From Coniocarpon cinnabarinum (taxonomy: Eukaryota): a DNA stretch of 55,337 nucleotides. The DNA is taken from NCBI GenBank assembly GCA_051942205.1, contig JAVECO010000160.1, positions 1 through 55,337 on the forward strand, read 5' to 3'. Below, one piece after another: positions 22,304 to 33,800 of this stretch. The position numbers were made by a program, and so were the translations under genes. Below the pieces are notes generated by a model. It searched no databases, was not told where the DNA came from, and saw only the letters and a list, made by a program, of their open reading frames with translations. The first letter of the stretch is position 1; each line of letters begins with the position of its first letter.

Positions 22304-22353
22304 GAATACACGTTGCATCCTCGCGAGAAGCACCATTCTTGGCCACCAACAGC
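22304..22353 (-). promoter_or_regulatory. Conserved upstream element, copy 3
   Basis: GAATACACGTTGCATCCTCGCGAGAAGCACCATTCT lies ~120 bp upstream of paralog 3. Confidence 0.65.
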
Positions 22354-23172
22354 AATGCGGCATGCAGTTTCAGCACAGTCCATTTCAAGAGCAGTCTAGG
22401 CGTCATGAAACGGAGTCTCGCATTATTGGTCTGATTGAAAGCTCCACGTAGCTGTTCTGTGTCGCTTTGACGCACTGTCATGCGGGCGACAACGCACTAG
22501 TAACCCATCGATCATGAAATACGCTGATTCAAAGGAGACATCATGCTTTTCCTGATAGAACGAAAAGTTGATGGTCATTTGCTCCACTCCGTCGCAAAAA
22601 GACTTTGCTTAGCAAGGTGTCTTGTTGCGGGCTCTGGATTTTTACTTAGGGTGCTTTCCAACCATCAAAGTTTTGCACGCAATGCAGACAGGATCTTTAC
22701 GATTCAAATAGACAGTCGACCTGCGGTAGCATGTAGATCACACACTCGTGCATAGACTCTAAGGACTTTCGTGCTCAGGCTATTATTTCGAACCAACAAC
22801 GTATGACTGCTCGAAGGTTTGAACGTCGATGCCTGTACAATGAGGCCGGGATAACTTATCGACGATCATCCCTGGTCGCCAGGGTCACCGTACAAAGTGG
22901 TCAATGCAGTCGCATGACGTGAGTTTGATGAGTATATTTGACACCGGCGAAACAATTACGGAGAGCGTCGATACTTGAATATGTCGTTATAGATAATGCA
23001 AGTAAACGTTGGCTACATTTCTTCGCACAACTCCATTCACTGCACACTTTTGCCTGATTGCGTCTGTCATTAATGCCCGCAGAGGCTTCCTGCGCCGCGA
23101 CCGCTTCTCATCCAAACGCTCTCGCAAGAAGCCGGTTGGGGATCTGTACCCGATGACCGAAAGCTGCAACCC

Positions 23173-24692
23173 TCACCCCTGGTAGCCACCATAACCATAG
23201 CCGCCCGCCGAGTAAGATCCCGTGCTTGCATGACCACCACGTCCAAACCCGCCGGCGCTGGGTGGCATACTGTGATATCCGCCGGCGCTGCCATAACCAT
23301 ATTGTGGAGAAGGTGCCGCAGCTTGAGGAGACATGGGACCGCCAGGGGTACCGTATTGCGGAAAGAATGCCGCTTGATGCGGAGGATATCCTGGTGAGGT
23401 CTGCGGCATTTGTGGCGAATAGCCTTCAAATTGGCCGGTCGGAGGGCGATCCTTGCCCCACTGCGAAAGCGCATTAGTGTCATATGGTGAACGGTCTTGA
23501 TACCTCAAACTTACACTGCACTTAAGAGGCCGACCGTTGACATTATACCCACTCAACGAGCAGATTGCGTTCGCCGCATTCTCGTGTGTGTCCATCTTGA
23601 CGAACGCAAATCCTCGGTCTGACTGGAAGCGCGTCTCGACCACATAGCCGAAGTTTTGGAACAAGGGCACCAAGTCGTTCTGTGTCGTGTATGGGGTCAG
23701 ATTGCCAACGTAAACCGTGGTTTGATAATGTGCTGTCTGGTTCACAACCATAGTATAGCTCTCTGAGCCATTTGTTGGATATTGATGATGCCCGAACGGT
23801 GTAGTTGGGGTCAAGCCCATCTGCGCCATCGCTTGCTGCTGGGAAACCGATGGCTGTCCTTTCTGGTTGGCCCAGTTGCATCGGATTGCCCGCGAACCAA
23901 GCCATTCCCCATCCATCGTGCTCAATGCCTTTTCCGCGTCATTGCGATCGCGGAAGGCAACGAAGCCGTATCCCCGCGTGCGACCAGTTTTCATGTCCCA
24001 CATGACGCGAGCCTCTGAGACGACACCGAAAGCGGAGAAAGCTTGCATCAAAACTTCATCGTTGACCTCGTTGGAAAGATCACCGACGAAGATGTGGTAA
24101 TGATGCGATGTGTCTTCCTTGCTGGAAGAATTTGATTGATAAGCCCAGTTCACTCGGATTTCCTGACATACACCAGTCAGTTGCGGTTCTTCGCTGACGG
24201 GATTGCGATCCACTCACGTTGCCATGGACATGCCTGCCATTCAAAGTTTGCATCGCGCGTTCAGCAGCGCCTGGGTCATCGAAGTCGACAAATCCGTAAT
24301 TAAAGCCTTTTGATTGAAACTGCAAACACTAATTAGCTTCTCAATGCCTGACTAGTCAATCAACCACGACCCACATTCTTGTCTGGTATTATTTTAACAG
24401 CCTGTACATGTCCCGCTGTCTCGAATATCTGGCGCAGAACATCTTCAGTCACTCGGGGGTCAAGGCCTCCAACATACAAGGCCCGCTTGTTCGGCTCTGG
24501 GGCTGCCCGGCGGACGGTGCCACCAGCGCTCATGGGTGACTGGACATTGCCAGGGTTGGGCTGATTAGTATTAAGTGGTGGAAGAGAAGGAGGGGGCATA
24601 TTGACACCGGATGTGCCAGGAGCACCCATCGTGGATCCATTTTGAGGTTGTGGAATTGATGCCGAAGCGCTGGTCATGGTCGTGTCAGCCAT
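23173..24692 (-). CDS. PUB1: Polyuridylate/poly(A) RNA-binding protein Pub1 (TIA-1-like, three RRMs); exons 24692-24375, 24319-24218, 24162-23515, 23460-23173
   Basis: RRM1: ALYVGGLD..FNYGFVDF. RRM2: HIFVGDLSNEVND..RGYGFVAF..GSRAIRCNWANQK. RRM3: TVYVGNL..RGFAFVKM..LKCS-WGK. There is a Q/G/Y/P-rich tail and three GT-AG introns. Confidence 0.93.
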
Positions 24693-25474
24693 GGTGCGGA
24701 TGTTGCTTGTCTTAGTGGCCGTGACAGTTTATAATGAAATGCTTCGTATGTGTGATAAACTCGGAACCGACTATGGTCGTGGCGTTGTTTGGGAAGTGTC
24801 AAGCTCCCGCTAGCCCTGAGGCCCAAAGAAATGAAAACGTCGGACAGTGGGATGCGAGATAGTTGGCGGTAGAGGAGACAGTTGGACAAACGAGAAAGGG
24901 AACCGTGGAAAGTGGAGACTGCTGGTGTGAGAGAAACACAAGGAAAAGGGCTGGTGAAGAAAACAACCAACCCAATGACTTCCAGACAGGAGATGAAGCC
25001 TGCAAAGAGGGCCCAGAAGTAAAAGGCGCTGGAGAAGGCAAGCGGCCGTGAAGAAATGGGAACTGAATGGATCCTAAGACAGAAAACGCAGCAGTGTAAC
25101 TCAAAGTCAGCTGTCAGGGAAGGAAAAGAAGTGGACGCTAAAACATCAATGAGGCCTTTTCATTCTAACGATCCATGGTCATTTTCTGACGTGAAAGTGA
25201 TTTCAAGGAATAGGAAATTACACAATGGCGCTTGGAGCTTGCTTAGGGTTCTTCAGCCCTTGGCCTGAACGGCTCATGCCGCGATTCCACGTGCAGTCCC
25301 TTACCGATGTAGGATGCAATTTTCATGGCACGCTTAGGTCAGCGCCCGCCTCGCAGGCCAACTCATCAGTCTGCGCCGTCATCTTTGTTTTGCCTCTGCT
25401 TCACTTCTCTCCTCAATAGCGCGGTGGCTTTTGAATAACACAACATTTCGTCGACGTGAGCAACAGAATCTACA

Positions 25475-26676
25475 ATGAGCAGCCTAAGCACGCCCAAAGA
25501 CCGCGAGACCTCCCTTCATCAATTGGAGGCCAACATCAATAAGATTGTGAGTTCTACACAGCACTTGCCAGCAAGCCTCGATTTTTCTCATTAGGCTAAC
25601 GTACGGGACAGTACATGCATGTAGGCGGCGTCTTCAACAATTTTACCCCGAGCGAGGGATATCGTCTGGCGAAGACCCAGTCACGTCTGCAGACCGCAGT
25701 CCCATCAATTATTGGCAACTTGAATGATGCTCTTGACACACTTGAGGGCGATCTGGTCAGTATGATGAAGATGTCCTGTTGGTTATGTCTAAACAGCGTC
25801 TAGATTCGCGCACGAGCTGTGTTGACCCGTGACTTACGCTTGCTTTATGACGCTGATTCTAAAAATGCGTCTGTGGAGCAACGACCGAATGGGCTTCGTA
25901 GAGAAACTGAGCAAGACGCTAAGGTCTCGTTCACGCAGCCAGACAGCGCCTATGAAGATACGGCTTCTACCAAGGCGTCAGATGTGACTCTCATAGACGC
26001 GAACCAGCCTCCACAGCCATCAGTCATGGCTCCAGGCACGGCCGGCGCACAGAAGCAGAAAGCTGATGAAAGTTCCAAGCCAAAAATTGCCCTAGATACG
26101 CCTGTTAAGGCGGAACAGGAACAACTCCAGTCAACAAATGTAGACTCTGGAAATGCCATCTCAAACGAGACCGCGCAGACGCTTGCTTCACGCTCTGGAA
26201 ATTTCAAGCAAGAACAAAGTATGAAGCCCTCCACTTCAACAGACAAGCCAGAGTCGGAGACTATAGCGGAGACCCATCGCTTTGAAGACCGGCCCACCGA
26301 AAATGCCCCGGAGGACATGGCCAAAGATGAAGAAGCGGAGCCATCTCCTGGCAACGATTTCAGCTCATTGCTACCAGGCCTGGACATGTACGCTAATGAT
26401 CCAAGTGGTGATGCTCTCAGCACCATGGATCAGTTCAACGACGTGAATAACCCCAACAGCTTCGACATGGGCGACTCAGCCGACACTACAGATGCGTTAT
26501 TTGGTGCTCCCAACGACTTAAACCAGGACATGGGCCAATTCAACGACGACTTTAAATTCGACGACATGATTGCGTTTGATGCACAAACGAACGGTGGGGA
26601 CAACGGACAGGGTGGTGCCGGGCAAGGCGGACTGGACGAGTTCGACGACGACTTCTTCAATATCGGAGGAAGTTAA
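25475..26676 (+). CDS. Conserved fungal protein, N-terminal helical hairpin plus acidic D/F/N tail (possible Mediator tail subunit, Med2-like); exons 25475-25546, 25612-25755, 25804-26676
   Basis: Introns 25547-25611 (GTGAGT..GCTAAC..CAG) and 25756-25803 (GTCAGT..TAG) give LEANINKI-YMHVG..LNDALDTLEGDL-IRARAVLTRDL. A long disordered linker follows, and the protein ends GLDEFDDDFFNIGGS. The gene model is strong; the function is tentative. Confidence 0.75.
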
Positions 26677-27196
26677 AGGTTAAGAGCTCGGTAATGGACT
26701 GAACCTTCCGGGTTGAGACAACTGCTGATTGGATGGCACGGACAATCTCGGACCTTAGTGCTGATGCTCGCTCTACAGCCCGCTTTTGGACTAACCTCAT
26801 CCGTGGAGCAGCTTCACGTCAAGCTCGCATAGCGACGAGGCTGGGCCCTCCGCCCTCACATTGCACAAACTCATATCAGTCTCGCGGATTTGACTGTATA
26901 CGACCTAGTGGACCTATGGTCTGCTTTCACACGCGCTTCAATATGATGGTTGTACCGTCCGTCCGCCGAAGTTGAGCATCGCATATCTTGATGCCCCTCC
27001 GCAGCCCCCAAGCTCTTTGCATCCTCTGTCACGGAGCTCTCGGAACCAAGATTTTTGCGCGAATATCCTATAAGCTTCCCTTGTCCTGAGGAAGGCCCCT
27101 AAGATAAACGTTCCTTCCGACTTCATGCACCCAGATTTCTGTCGTTGAAGCTGAATGCCTCAGTAGTGGGCCTTGTCGACGTCTCACGCGCTCAAT

Positions 27197-30100
27197 ATGG
27201 CTGCTGCCAAAGATGAAGAGAGCACAAGCAGCGAAGACTCGAGGAGTACACATCAAGGCCAATTCGGCTCCTCCTCGTCCCCTCCAAGACCTGCAGGACC
27301 TCCAAGACCTTCCAAAGTCAAGGCGCTCCTCCACAAAGCGGGTTTAGACATGCCTACACCCCTGCTCATGATCAAGTATATTGAATTCCACACGTGTGAC
27401 TAGAAAAATATGGTGCTAACATCAAATAGAGCAGCGGTTCCTCCAACAATTGCGTTAGCTATGTACGCTCTCACCCGTCCCACCGATTGGTCTCGCGCTT
27501 ATATTCGCATAGGTATCAGTCAAATGCTGTATCACGAGAGTACGCAACTCAAGGATACCTTGTTGCTATAACCTCAGTACTGGGATTTGCCATCTTACCC
27601 CGGGCCAAGTTTGTACAGAACCTACTTCTGAACCTTCTAGCGGTGTGCGTCGCGAGCTCAATGGCGCTTCTATCCTTGTGGTCCTCGGTAAAAGCTCGAC
27701 AACACACCACGCCAGCGGGCCACCCACCCACTGGCTATAACTCAAGTGCTTCTGCAGTGTGTGCTATCTGGCTTTTCTTCCAGATATTTCTGGTAAACTC
27801 TCTTCGCTCCAAATTACCTCAGTTGATCTTCGCAGCCATTATATACGCCATATTTGCCAACATTGCTCTGTCCTATGGAGTGCAATTCCCAACCACCGCT
27901 GCTGCAGAAAACTTTGTCAAGAATCTGCTGAAAGCATTCCTCACTGGCTTCTCACTAGCGACGGGTACACACTTCGTTGTCTTCCCGGTGACGATGCGAA
28001 AGCCCGTGTTTGGGCAGATGGCTGGCCTTCTGGGCGCAATGCGTGGAGTCATTAAAGCACAGTCTGCATACATGCGAGCTTTTGAAGATGAACGAGTATC
28101 GAGTCATGAAGAACGGTCATCTTCTGAGAGCTCGAGCGAGAAAGCGAGTGTTGGCATTCATAAAAAGTCCAGTATCTTTAACACATCAAGGCGATCGAAA
28201 GCCAAGACGGAACCACACGTCCTCGCCATGCGCGAAGAAGCTATCAAAGCAGCGGTTTCAGGTCTGCATACTCTACTCGGTAAGCTCCAGGGTGATATAC
28301 CTTTCGCAAAAAGGGAGATGGTATACGGAAAATTCAACTCGGAAGACATCCGCGACACTATGACGAAAATGCGTCTGTGCGCTTTACCATTGTTGGGGTT
28401 GGGATCTGTGATTGACCTACTCCGAAGAGCAGCTCGCTTTGGTGGATGGGAAGACATGCTTGATGCAAGCAAGAACGATGCGCCTGCGACGACAGAGCAA
28501 GAAAAGCAGGACCATGACCACATCTTTGGAGAGTGGCAAGCTGTCATGAGAACTTTGCGCAAGCCATTCGCTCTAATCACTGATGCGATGGATGAAGCGC
28601 TCGAGCACGTTCTCTTGACTTTAGAGTTCAAACCACCGCCGAAGCAAGCGAAGAAGGCTCCCTCTGCGACTGACGACCCTGAAAGGCAAGACGATTCGAC
28701 AGCTCCCGGTCAGCCAGGTTTTGGGTCAAAGTTCGAGCACAAAATTCAGACCTTCTATGAAAGTCGTTCGCTCACTCTGCGGACGTGGTGTGAGCAACAA
28801 GGGATTGATCTGCCGCAAGATTCTTTCGATGTAGAGGCTACCGAGAACGTTCTTTTGAACGTGTCTTCTCAAAGCGGACGTCGACACCGCGGACAGATCT
28901 ACACCATACTTTACGGTGAATATTTACTGTACGCTTCGGCGAAGGCCATGTTGGACATGGTAAAGTACGCAGACAGTAAGGTTGCGGATGGGACAATGAA
29001 GAAGAAACGACTCATCACACCGGGCGCGAAGCGGCTTATCAAGTGGTTCAGAGACGTCTTCTTGAGACCGGAACTTTCTGGTGGTGGGGAGAGCGACCTC
29101 ACAGGCTCTCAGCAACAACCGTTTCAAGTCGATTTCGGGGAAGGCTACACGACACATGACCCAGAACATTTGGCACCAAGAAACACCTTCGAGCGAATCG
29201 GCAATGTTGCCCGCATGATACCAAACGTATTCCGCTCCGAACATTGCACTCACGGCTTCCGCGCAGCTTGCGCTACCTTGTCTATTGGTATCGTGTGCTA
29301 CCTTAAAGACACACAACACTTTTTCATCGCACAACGAATGGTTTGGGCCCAAATCATGGTTGCATTCTCGATGCAGAGAACTGCCGGTCAGTCCGTATTC
29401 CAATTCGTTCTACGCACTGCAGGAACTTTCTTTGCCATGGTTGCCAGCTACGTCATATGGTACATTGTCGATGGTCATCGCGCCGGTGTAATTGTTTTCG
29501 AATTCTTATGGCTAGCCTGCTGTTTCTGGGTCCTGTTCAACAAGCCTCGATACGCGATCATGGGAATTCTAGCAGCAATCACAAGTATCTTGATCATCGG
29601 TTATGAGCTTCAAGTTCAAACTATCGGCGTCAAAATGTCGACTTCAAACGGTCAACCAGCGTATCCACTGTACGAGCTTGCTCCTTACCGCCTTGCCACC
29701 GTTGTTGGTGGCATTTTTGTTGCCTACTTTTGGACAGTCTTCCCATACCCTATTTCGGAGCACACTGAGTTCCGTCGCGATGTCTCTTCCGCTCTGCATC
29801 TTCTCGCGCGTTATTACACCATTGTTCACGAAACCGTCAAGTCACGAAGTAACGGGACTGAAGGCGATCCCGCTTCCAAGACTAGTCCAGCATACATCCT
29901 GGAGAAAGCTCGGCATAATACATTCATCAGAAGCCAAATTCTGCTCACGCAGCTCCGCGACGTCTCGTCATTTTCTCGCTGGCAAGTCGACTTCGGTGGA
30001 CGCTTCCCTGCGGAAATCTATAACGAGATGACTGATCGCTTGGAACGGACGATGCGAGTCATGTCACTCATCGGGTATGCATCTACTAGCTTTCGCCAGA

Positions 30101-30471
30101 CGCACACGGACGCAGAGAACGGGAATGCGGAATGGCTGGACAGCTTCAAAAAGCTCCTCAAAGAAGTCGACCCCACATCGCATGCCATCTCGATGCGCTT
30201 GCAGGTGTTGAGTGGATGTTTGCAGGAGGGTAGGCCACTTCCTCCTTACATTCCTCGATTTGAGCCTTTCCATCTTGCTCAACGTATCTACGCCATAGAT
30301 AAGGATGTGCTCTCGTTCAAGCATCTCGCTGAGCCCGGCTACGCCGCGTTTGCAGTGATGCAGATTGCGAGTAAAGTGCTGGTGGAGGAGTTGAATGGGT
30401 TGACCCAGAACGTGAGGGACCTTTGTGGGGAGATGGACTTTAGTGTCAAGCTCACTGAGACAAGTGCCTGA
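27197..30471 (+). CDS. Multi-pass membrane protein, ArAE_2/Bre4/FUSC-like (aromatic acid exporter-type); exons 27197-27375, 27430-27462, 27513-30471
   Basis: The N-terminus reads LDMPTPLLMIK-AAVPPTIALAM-YQS..GYLVAITSVLG..PRAKFVQN. There are two hydrophobic TM blocks. The second includes DPEHLAP.N, GFRAACAT, FFIAQRMVWAQIM, LIIGYELQ, LAPYRLATV and FWTVFPYP. Confidence 0.85.
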
Positions 30472-30873
30472 TGCTTGCGATGCAGGTGGCGCTCTTCAGG
30501 CGAGCGGCTGTTAATGACATACGCGGCAAGTGATGGAGCAGCCTGATCGAGCAATGCATTGCCGAGGGCTGTTCACTCCGACTCCCGTATTGCCATGAAA
30601 CAGCATCGATGGGTATGGAACATGAACTCTTGGAGATTGTTAAATGTTTTTGATGCAGCAACGGCGTTGGCGGTGCCGCAAGGCTTTGATTTGACATGAA
30701 CTTGTTCTTGGTATTATAAGTACAAATCTGATATACACCCTCACCTGTCACAATCTTCGTATATACAGTATAAGTGCGTCTGTAAGTATGTTCTTCATGT
30801 TGTCATAGATTGTAAATGATGTCCAGACCTGGTCCGAATCTGTGAGTCACGTCACCTACCGACCCCGGTCGAT

Positions 30874-33800
30874 TCATACACCTATCGCTCTGCCATGGGC
30901 TGATTTCGCACCGCTTCCTTGATTATGCCCAATCCACGAGCCCTCCGCCCGTCCCCCCTTCCTCAAAGCACTCAATCGCTGCTCCTCTGCCCACGGCACC
31001 TCCGGTAGCAATACACCCTGCGGCTGCCATTTCTTCGGCATACTCAGCTTCTTCCACTTGCCAGGGTTGGTCTTCTCCGCCTTGTCCTTGATCTCTTTAC
31101 AGCTCTCCCTCAGTTCCGCATCATCCGCTAGTTGCGCCTTCAGGTACTCAAGCGAGGTCTCCCGCTGTAAAGCCGCGATGACAGGCTCACGTTCGTGGTA
31201 CTCGAAGCGCATTGGATCTGGTTTATCGGTCGGTTCAATGGACGGATCGAGCTGCGCTTCTTGCCCCTTGGCGAGGAGCTGATGGATATCGAGGCTCTCG
31301 CCGGGGGGGATTGGGGTCGGATGCGAAGGCGTGACGCAATCCATGTCCACTTCCTTGCGGAGCACCTTGTCAATATCCACAGCACTGAAAAACGCACAGC
31401 ATTGCGGGAGGTCATGGATCCCCATTTGCTCGGCGAACATCGCACGCGTCCAGATGTTACTAACTTGCAGCGCCATCGCCGCACGATACTTGTCCTCTTC
31501 ACGAACGAGATAGCGGATCTCGTCATGTACCGTGATCGCAAGACGCGCACTGATGTTATACCGCCGGGCGAGATAGTCCATCGAGACGATGAGAAGATGG
31601 AGGTAGTCCACTCCTGACGACTGAATCGCCCAGTTGACGCGACTCGTCATGAACTCGCCTTTCGAAATGTAGCGGCGGAGGAGGGCTTCCGTGATGCCGG
31701 CACCGAGGACGGGTGTGCGGGGTTTATCCTGCTCGGCGAAGTCTTCGAGCGCGTTGAAGACGAGGGACTCGGTGCCGCCGCGCCAGAAGGAGCGGGGACG
31801 GAGAAGCTTGCGTGTCGTTTTCTGGCCCTTGGTGCTTTTGTACAACGCTTCTGCTGTGCTTTTGACTTCGGCGTCTGAGAGGCTAGGATTGAATTGTTTG
31901 AGGAGTGTTTGCGCGAAGGAGAGTCCCGCACCGTAGATGCGGCCGTAATTGAAGACTTTGGCGTCGTTGCGGGAGATGCCCAGAATATTGGCGGTGCGCG
32001 AGTGGAGGTCTGTACCGGCGGCTTTGGTGCCTTCGAGTGTCATGAAGCCAAGTGCATTGCCGCCGTGCATTTTGAACTGGGCATCACCCATCAGCGAGGC
32101 GATCCACAGCTCCTGGCTGTCGACGTCTGCGCCAACAAAGGTATAGCCCGGTGGTGCCTGAATCATCGACTTGAGCTCAGAGCCTACACGGTTGCGCTTG
32201 GCATTGGACGCTGTAAGCCACGTGTTTTCGACTGCGCGTCGGGTGATGGTGCCCATAGGAATGAGCTGTGGGAGGATGAAGCCGAGAGACTTATCTTGCT
32301 TTCTCTTTTTCGAGCTGCGAGCTCGCTGAGCCGGCGTTGTCCCCTGAACGTCAGTTGCGTAGACGACCATCTGAGAACGAATGCGCTCGCGTGACGAGAT
32401 CCAATACGAGCACGAAGCATTCATTTCGAGTGCTTCTTTGGCGAATGGATACTCTGAAGCCAGAGTCCCTTTCTCGAAGTGCTGAAGGTAGCCCTTTGCG
32501 AGTGGACTGGCGCAGCGAGCGTTGGGACCGTCTTTGTGTGGTAGCTTGAAGTATGCATGTGCTGTGTCTTCACGCAACGCTAAAATTTTTTCTTCGTCCA
32601 TGTCGCATGCTGTCATCGCTTTGCTCGCATAGGCCCATGCTTCCTCTCGGGGAACTTTAAAGGTCCAGCCGTGAGCATCAGACCACACAAGCGGATAGCC
32701 ATCCCAAGCCATTCGAAACAGCAGTGGAGCGATGCGCGTTCGAACAGTCAAGTTCATATCGGCGTCATTTGTCGAGAATAGGTCTTTGTACCATTTCGGC
32801 TTTCCAGGCATTTTCTGACGTTTAACTGGTCGTGGCTTTTGCGACTTGGATCCCTTCGTCATCTTGACCTCTTGACCTGACCAGTCCAGCTGGCTCAGCC
32901 AAGGATCATTCTCATACTTTGCTGAGTCGTCCTTGATCTCCAAAGCACGGTCTGTGAGAGTTTGTAGCCGTCCAGATACTTCTGCAAGCGCTTTGTTGTA
33001 CGTATCTTCAGCGTCTTCGATGTACTTTTCCCATGACTCATTGACAGGTAATATCTCTGACGAAAGATGCCTCAGCGCGGCGAAGCTCACCGGATGTGGA
33101 CACGTATCGATGAATGCTGGAAACACTTTGCTGTACACGCGGTGGGTGATGTCGACGTCAGCTGCACAATAGTCCAACAATTCATCATACTTCTCCACAA
33201 CACCATCTCGATCAAGTTCACCAAACCACTCTCGTCTAGACTTGTCAATCGTCACTCCGCAGTGAAACTTGGCAACATCCCTGAGAGAGTTGATAGAGCT
33301 TCTGCCGATCCAAAGATGCTCCTCTTCTGCGTCGAAGCCATCGCTCTCACTTGAGCTTTGAAGCAGTTGATGCAGGTCCGCGCCTTGGCTTGAATTGGCC
33401 ACCCGGTCGCGAAGGTCGCGGGCTTTGTTGTGCTTCATCCATGTCATCCTTTGACGAGTGCACATTCCGTTCACAGCCACATGTAAGGACATCGTGTCCA
33501 TGAAGAAGGTCTGACTCTGCTGCAGATCGTATTCCTCTTTCACTCTCGCACGATCGTATCCAATATTATGGCCAACAACCAAGCGCGATTTGCTGGGATC
33601 TCCGAGCGGGATCAAATGGCGATCCGCATCACTCTCTCGCAGTAGCCATGGGCTCATCCAAGAATACCAATGTGTTGGACTCGCAGCGCAAGCGAGGGCT
33701 GGAAAAGAGGTCTCATGATAGAGCACCTCTGTGTCAAACGCAAGCGCTTCTTCATTTGGCGCGTCCACGGCATGGTTCGAGCCATCTGAGAGGTATTTTG

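Noticed and set aside
19295..22353. Repeated upstream element as a CRISPR-like array or LTRs
   Set aside because: The copies are ~1.5 kb apart and degenerate, the context is eukaryotic, and there are no TG..CA ends or gag/pol sequence. Tandem gene duplication explains them better.
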